Assembly: GCA_964579135.1 (NCBI GenBank) | Contig: CAZOFD010000005.1 | Span: 1,858 to 65,857 of the forward strand | Reading direction: 5' to 3' | Length of the DNA: 64,000 nucleotides | Origin: an uncultured Ruminococcus sp. | GTDB lineage: Bacteria > Bacillota > Clostridia > Oscillospirales > CAG-272 | Shown here: positions 58,761 to 64,000 of the stretch, one piece after another | Position numbering within the stretch: the first letter of the stretch is position 1 | Layout: the number at the start of each line of letters is the position of its first letter | The notes under the pieces: model-generated | Told to the model about the DNA's origin: nothing | The model's database searches: none | What the model saw: only the letters and a program-made list of their open reading frames with translations | Position numbers and translations under genes: made by a program

Positions 58761-60002
58761 ATGCTTAAAAAATTACGCCACGAACTGAATTATCTTACGG
58801 CGGAGGACGTGGGCGGAGTGTTTCTTTTCGTTTTTTCGCTTATCCCCGCTATGTTTTTCAGGCTGCTTGTAAAATTGCGAAAAAGGGAGATCTGGGTGAT
58901 ATGCGAGGATAAAAACGAAGCTCGCGACAACGGATTTTGCTTTTTCGAATATATGTGCCGAGAGCACCCGGAGATCGAATGCGTTTACGCGCTGAGTCGC
59001 AAGTCGCCCGATCTCGAAAAGGTTCGCGCGGTGGGCAAGGTGATACCTTTCGGCGGTTTTCGACATTGGATATACTATTGGGGCGCCGAATATAACGTAA
59101 GTTCGCAAAAGGCGGGAGGACCGAACAAAGCGGTCTGCTACGTACTCGAGGTCTTTGGGCTTAAAAAGAGCAATTCGGTCTTTTTGCAGCACGGAATAAC
59201 GAAAAACGACGCGAAATGGCTCTACTATTCCGAGACTAAGATGCGTCTTTTTATATGCGGAGCCAAGCCCGAAACGGATTTCGTAAAAGAAAAATTCGGT
59301 TATCCCGAGGGGCACGTGGCGTACACGGGTTTTGCGCGGTTCGACGATTATCACGGCGCTGCGACGGATGAGAAAAAAGTTCTTCTTATGCCTTCGTGGC
59401 GCGAATGGATAGCTTCGAAAAACGAGTTTTCCGACGTTTACGAGGATACTTCCGACTTTACCAAAACGGAATATTTCGAAAAGTACGAGGAACTTATAAA
59501 TTCGCCTCGTCTTTGCAAGATACTCGAAGAGCGCGACCTGACTCTGTGCTTTTATCCTCACAGAAATATGCAAAAATACCTGCGGTTCTTTTCCGCCGGC
59601 TCCGACAGGATAAAGATACTTTCAAACCGAAATTCGGACATAAGAGAGCTGCTTATGACAAGCGCCGTTATGATAACCGATTATTCGAGCGTCGCGCTTG
59701 ATTTCGCTTATATGAAAAAGCCGGTCGTGTACTATAAGTTCGACGAGGAGAGATTCCGCGAGGCGCAGTACGCCGAAGGTTATCTCGACGACCGCACCGC
59801 GGGTCTCGGCAAGGTTTGCGAGAGCGCGGACGGCGTTTGCGATCTGCTTGAGGAGATATACGACCGCGGCGTCGGCAACGTTACCGAGGAATTTGCCGCA
59901 GCGCACAAAGCGTTTTTTCCGCTTTTCGACGCGGATAATAGCAAAAGGATATACGAGGCGATAAAAGCGCTCGACCGGCGGTCGAGCACTGCCCGAAAGT
60001 AA
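58761..60002 (+). CDS. CDP-glycerol glycerophosphotransferase (TagB/TagF family)
   Basis: LLMPSWRE and ITDYSSVALDFAYMKKP, typical of the family. Start uncertain (ATG 58761 preferred over 58707). Confidence 0.82.
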   Translation: MLKKLRHELNYLTAEDVGGVFLFVFSLIPAMFFRLLVKLRKREIWVICEDKNEARDNGFCFFEYMCREHPEIECVYALSRKSPDLEKVRAVGKVIPFGGFRHWIYYWGAEYNVSSQKAGGPNKAVCYVLEVFGLKKSNSVFLQHGITKNDAKWLYYSETKMRLFICGAKPETDFVKEKFGYPEGHVAYTGFARFDDYHGAATDEKKVLLMPSWREWIASKNEFSDVYEDTSDFTKTEYFEKYEELINSPRLCKILEERDLTLCFYPHRNMQKYLRFFSAGSDRIKILSNRNSDIRELLMTSAVMITDYSSVALDFAYMKKPVVYYKFDEERFREAQYAEGYLDDRTAGLGKVCESADGVCDLLEEIYDRGVGNVTEEFAAAHKAFFPLFDADNSKRIYEAIKALDRRSSTARK

Positions 60003-60037
60003 CGAAAAAAGAATCAGAACGGAATGATCCGAACGAA

Positions 60038-61117
60038 ATGAAAAAGATATCTATTCTCGTGTACGACGTTTCCATTACCGGGGGAGCGGAGCGCGTTGCG
60101 CTCAATATGGCTAAGGCGTTTTCGCACAGGTACGACACCGAGATCGTTTCACTGTTTTATTCGCAAGGCGACGCCGCCGACCGCACTCGCGAGGGTGTGG
60201 CGCTGTACGTGATATCGACCGCAACGCGCTCCATAACCGCGAACTTTCTCTCTTTGCGGGGCGCGCTTGCCGCGCACTTCAAGGAGCGGGGGACGAATAT
60301 TGTTTTTTGCATAACGGCGGGGGTCGTGACTTTGGGGGCTTCGGCGGCGCGTGCGGCGCACGCCGCGTGCGTTTACTGCGAACACTCGAACCTCGAAAAC
60401 AGAACGTACGGAAAGAAGCACGTTTTGCGCCAATATATAGGTTCGGCGGTCGCCGACAAAACGGTTACTTTGACCGAGCGCGATATGCGGAATTTTATGC
60501 GGGTTTTCAAAACTCCGCGCGAAAAACTTACTGTCATTCCGAATTGGTTTACTCCGAACGAAACAAAGAGAGAATATAAAACGGATTCGAAAGCGATAAT
60601 AAGCGCCGGCAGACTCGAGGCTGTAAAGGGGCACGATATGCTCCTCGAGAGCGCGGTTGCGGTCGCACAGCGGCATCCCGATTGGCATTGGGACGTTTTC
60701 GGCGACGGCACGTTGCGCGAAAAACTCGAGAACGACGCGCGAGAGCGCGGCATCGACGGTTTTGTGACTTTCCGCGGTAACGTTAACGACCTTACGAGCA
60801 GATACGGTGATTACGCTATGTTCGTTTTGCCGTCGTATTACGAGGGGTTGCCGATGGTACTGCTCGAAGCGGCTTGCGCGGGCTTGCCCGTCGTCAGTTT
60901 CGACTGCCCCACGGGGCCCGCCGAACTCGTTGCGAACGGGGTAAACGGATTGATCGTTCCCGAGAGGGATACCGCGGCTCTTGCCGACGCGGTTTGTACG
61001 CTTATAGAAAATGCCGAGCTGAGGAAGTCTATGTCCGACAAGGCGGACGTTAAACTCGGCGAATATTCCGCGGAACGCGTTTTGGCAAAGTGGTTTGAAC
61101 TGATAGAATCGTTTTAA
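60038..61117 (+). CDS. family 4 (GT-B) glycosyltransferase
   Basis: E-x7-E region YYEGLPMVLLEAACAGLPVVSFD. Confidence 0.9.
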   Translation: MKKISILVYDVSITGGAERVALNMAKAFSHRYDTEIVSLFYSQGDAADRTREGVALYVISTATRSITANFLSLRGALAAHFKERGTNIVFCITAGVVTLGASAARAAHAACVYCEHSNLENRTYGKKHVLRQYIGSAVADKTVTLTERDMRNFMRVFKTPREKLTVIPNWFTPNETKREYKTDSKAIISAGRLEAVKGHDMLLESAVAVAQRHPDWHWDVFGDGTLREKLENDARERGIDGFVTFRGNVNDLTSRYGDYAMFVLPSYYEGLPMVLLEAACAGLPVVSFDCPTGPAELVANGVNGLIVPERDTAALADAVCTLIENAELRKSMSDKADVKLGEYSAERVLAKWFELIESF

Positions 61118-61231
61118 CCCTCTCACGAGCGCGCGGCGTGCCGCTCGCCGGCGGTACTTTCGCCGCAGTCGCGTAAAATAACGGAAAATGAAAACGTTTA
61201 AAGGAAGCGGTGTGCGCACCGAGGCATATCC

Positions 61232-63757
61232 ATGAAACTTACCGAAACTTCGTTGTACGGCAAATATCGAGCCGTTATAGTAAAAGTAAATAAAATGATA
61301 GAGTCGCCGAGAGCCGCCGAGCTTTATGCCGGCTACGGTCGCGCGGTCGGATCGTGGATTACGTTCGCTATCGTTGCGCTTGCCTCGGCGACCGCTTTGG
61401 CGGTCAGTTATTTCGTAACGATGTATGCCGATTGGGGATACGAGCTGGCGCTTGCGGCGGTGTGCACGGCGTGGGTTTATTCGCTGCTTTGGTCGCTCGT
61501 GCGGATAAAGGACAGGATCGTTGTGCTTATAATGGAACTTATGATGTTCACGTTCCTGCTTGACAGACCGGTGATAGCCTTTTTACGAGGCGAAAAATGG
61601 TGGTCGACGTGGAGCCGGCGCACGACGCTCGCATCGCAGCTGTCGATATACGTCGGCGTGATATTTATTATGGTCGGCTGCGTTGCCCTCGAGGCGCTCG
61701 GGCGAAAAAGGCGCCGCGGCGCGACCGTGTGGCGCAGCGCGGACCGCGAGCGCCCCGCGCACCCGTTGGCGCGGCGGATTTTCGCCTTTTCCGCGCTTGC
61801 GACCGGGCTTTTGTACGGCTATATGGAGATCGTGCGTTACTTTTATCTCCGCCGTTTCGATTACGAGGCGATGTATACGGGTGTAGGTCCGTGGTTTCCC
61901 TCGTTCTTTCACGTGGCGGCGGCGCTTTTTCCTTACCTATTGTTTGCATTTTTGGCGACTTTGCCGCCGAAAAAGCAGGCGTTGCCCGCGCTTGCCGGAT
62001 ATATCGCGCTTTCGCTTCCGTCTTTTTTGCTCGGGTCGCGCAACGGTATAGTGATGAGCGTTATGTTTGCCGTGATATATATGATGCTTCGTGAATTTTT
62101 CGCGCCTCGCGGCGAAAAGTGGTTTCGTCGCAGGTATTTTGCTTTTATTGCGGTGCTTTTGGTGTTTGCGGTGCTTTTGCTCGGCGCTTTCAACTACATT
62201 CGCGCCGGCGCCGAGGTGCCGACGAATTCCGTTCTCGATTTGGCGCTCGATTTCTTTTATAAGCAAGGCACGAGCTACGATACGCTTTGCCAAGGGTTTG
62301 AGTATTACGACCTTATAAACGGGCTTGTGGGCGATCCTTTGTATACTTTCGGCGATATTATCGACGGTATTGCGCACGGCAAAGTCGCACGCGTGCTGTT
62401 CGGTGCCTCCTCGCTCGGAGACGGCAACAATATCCAAAAAGTTTTCGAGAGCAACAGTATGGCGCACAGACTCTCGTTCGTCGTGCTCGGAGAGCGCAAT
62501 TATCTTAACGGTAACGGCAGAGGCTCGTCGTTTTTGATCGAGACGTTCTACGACGGCGGCTTCGTTTGGATGGCGATATACGCCTTTTTGATAGGAGCTT
62601 TTTTGGCGTATATCCCGTCGACTTTCAAAAAGCGCGGGTATTTCGACAAGGCTTTCGTCCTTTGCGCGACGTCGTCGATATTTATGCTCCCGCGTTCGTC
62701 GGCAAGCGGTTTTTATTCCTTTGCGATATCGTCGGCGTTTTGGTTGGTTGCCTGCATAGACCCCGCCTGCCGCATCGCGGAAAAATATATTTTCAAAAAT
62801 ATCAAAACGAAAAAGGCATTGCCCGAAAAAGCGCGTGATTTCGACGGCGAAAGTGTTTTTTGCACCGTGTTTACTTACGTCGACGATCGCCGCGACGCTC
62901 TTGCGCGACTGCGCGAAAGTCTTGAGGCGCAAACGGACGGGGATCTCGAGTGGATCGTCGTCGACGGCACGACGGTGGGGACGGTGCTTGACGACGTTCT
63001 CTCTCGCCGCGACGGAGATCTCGATGCGATCTGCGTTAAATGCGCAAACGGCGGAAAGCATCGCGCGATGAACGGCGCCGCGAAGCTCGCGCACGGTAAA
63101 GTATTCGTCGCCGTCGAGCCCGACGACGTGCTTGAGGAGGACGCGATAGCGTCGCTTCGCACCATCTTCGTTTCCGCGGAGAGCGACGCGAGCGGCAAGG
63201 CGTTTTGCGGCGTTCGTATGCCGCGCGGCGCGAGAACGGCGGATGGCGGCATTGCCGCGGCGCAGTCCGCAACGAAAAGAGTCGCCGGCGGAGCCGACGA
63301 CTTATCCGGGGACTTTACCGAGGCGTATTATACGGATATCGTTCGCCGCTATCCTTTCCCCGAGTTTGCCGACGAAAACTTTGTGCCGACGGAGCTTTTG
63401 AGCGTGCGGTTGGCAGACGACGGATACGTTACGTTCCGCGCCGACCTCGCGATATGCGCTCGCGACGTTTCGTGCGGCGATTCGCCCGAAAAACGCGAAA
63501 ACAAGATCGTACGAAGCCCTCGCGGATACGCTCTGTTCGTTCGCGAGACGAGTGTGAGTCCCAACGTCGGGTGCCGCACGGTGCTCGGCTTCGTTGCGTC
63601 CTATGCTTATGCCGCAAAGAGCGGCGGAGCGACGACGGGGGAGATCGCGGAGGCGCTCGATATTCCCGCTTTTGTCGTTCTGGCGGCGTCGGCGAGGCGC
63701 ACGCTGGCGAAAAAAGCGCAAGAGCGGCGCAAAATCAAAAGAAAGATCGAAAGATAA
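61232..63757 (+). CDS. fusion of a polytopic polymerase-like (Wzy/EpsG-type) membrane domain with a C-terminal GT2-like domain
   Basis: 841 aa. About 540 aa with at least 10 hydrophobic helices, then FCTVFTYVDD...EWIVVDGTTVG...VEPDD (GT2-like). The polymerase assignment rests on topology and context only. Confidence 0.6.
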   Translation: MKLTETSLYGKYRAVIVKVNKMIESPRAAELYAGYGRAVGSWITFAIVALASATALAVSYFVTMYADWGYELALAAVCTAWVYSLLWSLVRIKDRIVVLIMELMMFTFLLDRPVIAFLRGEKWWSTWSRRTTLASQLSIYVGVIFIMVGCVALEALGRKRRRGATVWRSADRERPAHPLARRIFAFSALATGLLYGYMEIVRYFYLRRFDYEAMYTGVGPWFPSFFHVAAALFPYLLFAFLATLPPKKQALPALAGYIALSLPSFLLGSRNGIVMSVMFAVIYMMLREFFAPRGEKWFRRRYFAFIAVLLVFAVLLLGAFNYIRAGAEVPTNSVLDLALDFFYKQGTSYDTLCQGFEYYDLINGLVGDPLYTFGDIIDGIAHGKVARVLFGASSLGDGNNIQKVFESNSMAHRLSFVVLGERNYLNGNGRGSSFLIETFYDGGFVWMAIYAFLIGAFLAYIPSTFKKRGYFDKAFVLCATSSIFMLPRSSASGFYSFAISSAFWLVACIDPACRIAEKYIFKNIKTKKALPEKARDFDGESVFCTVFTYVDDRRDALARLRESLEAQTDGDLEWIVVDGTTVGTVLDDVLSRRDGDLDAICVKCANGGKHRAMNGAAKLAHGKVFVAVEPDDVLEEDAIASLRTIFVSAESDASGKAFCGVRMPRGARTADGGIAAAQSATKRVAGGADDLSGDFTEAYYTDIVRRYPFPEFADENFVPTELLSVRLADDGYVTFRADLAICARDVSCGDSPEKRENKIVRSPRGYALFVRETSVSPNVGCRTVLGFVASYAYAAKSGGATTGEIAEALDIPAFVVLAASARRTLAKKAQERRKIKRKIER

Positions 63758-63763
63758 TAACCG

Positions 63764-64000
63764 ATGAGTAAAAAAGAACGTTCGCGTACTTTTATGGCTG
63801 TGCGCAACCTTGTTTTCAATATGGCGTATCAGGTCGTAAACACCGTTGCGAACATAATATTGCCCCCCTTGATCGTGGGCGCTTACGGCTCGGTACTTAA
63901 CGGCCTTGTCGGCACGATAAAAACGATAATGAACTACATCCAAACGGTCGGCTCGGGCATATCCGAGGCGTCGGTCGTTTCGCTGTATCGCCCCCTCGGC
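63764..64000 (+). CDS. polysaccharide flippase (Wzx/MOP family), N-terminal part only
   Basis: Open-ended, so absent from the ORF track. ATG 63764 gives MSKKERSRTFMAVRNLVFNMAYQVVNTVANIILPPLIVGAYGSVLNGLV..., the usual N-terminus of the family. Runs off the right edge. Confidence 0.6.
   Translation, partial: MSKKERSRTFMAVRNLVFNMAYQVVNTVANIILPPLIVGAYGSVLNGLVGTIKTIMNYIQTVGSGISEASVVSLYRPLG

Overview
This is an origin-proximal core chromosome segment of a Firmicute. The gene content looks Clostridia-like (spoVG, remA/remB, PASTA kinase, and the yicC...rsgA synteny block).

Left part (all minus strand): gyrA-gyrB-remB-recF-dnaN-dnaA with oriC-type non-coding DNA on both sides of dnaA. Next come a MORN-repeat protein, a hypothetical membrane protein, parB-parA flanked by three canonical parS sites, rsmG, a SAM methyltransferase and murC.

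Middle (mixed orientation): spoVG, a YfcE-type phosphoesterase, deoD, a TetR regulator, tRNA-Gln(CUG), a DEDDh exonuclease with an unusual N-terminus, thiI, ygiQ, queA, dapA and an M23 peptidase. These are followed by a truncated MutS-family ATPase behind a Xer-type recombinase, CdnL/CarD, tRNA-Ser(GCU) and a GNAT. Then come two tandem fused ABC ATPase-FtsX permeases and an acyl-CoA synthetase.

Right part: the conserved yicC-remA-rpoZ-priA-def-fmt-rsmB-rlmN-PP2C-prkC-rsgA-TPK-deoB block (minus strand). Divergent from it is the start of a surface-polysaccharide locus: priming transferase, GT2, TagF-like enzyme, GT4, a polymerase-like/GT2 fusion and a flippase.

I see no CRISPR array, IS element, prophage, integron or recognisable defence island, and I cannot honestly nominate a clear new multi-gene system.

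The observations most worth follow-up are non-coding:
- an orphan phased DnaA-box array about 24 kb from dnaA, sharing an 11-mer with the origin module;
- a DnaA-box palindrome in an oversized gyrB-gyrA spacer;
- a dnaA upstream region with no good DnaA boxes;
- the par operon and a 17-gene core block transcribed toward the presumed origin.

Secondary candidates are the tandem MacB-type ABC pair, the domain-V-only MutS paralog and the exonuclease fusion.

All calls rest on reading the sequence and the supplied ORF track. No database search was run.
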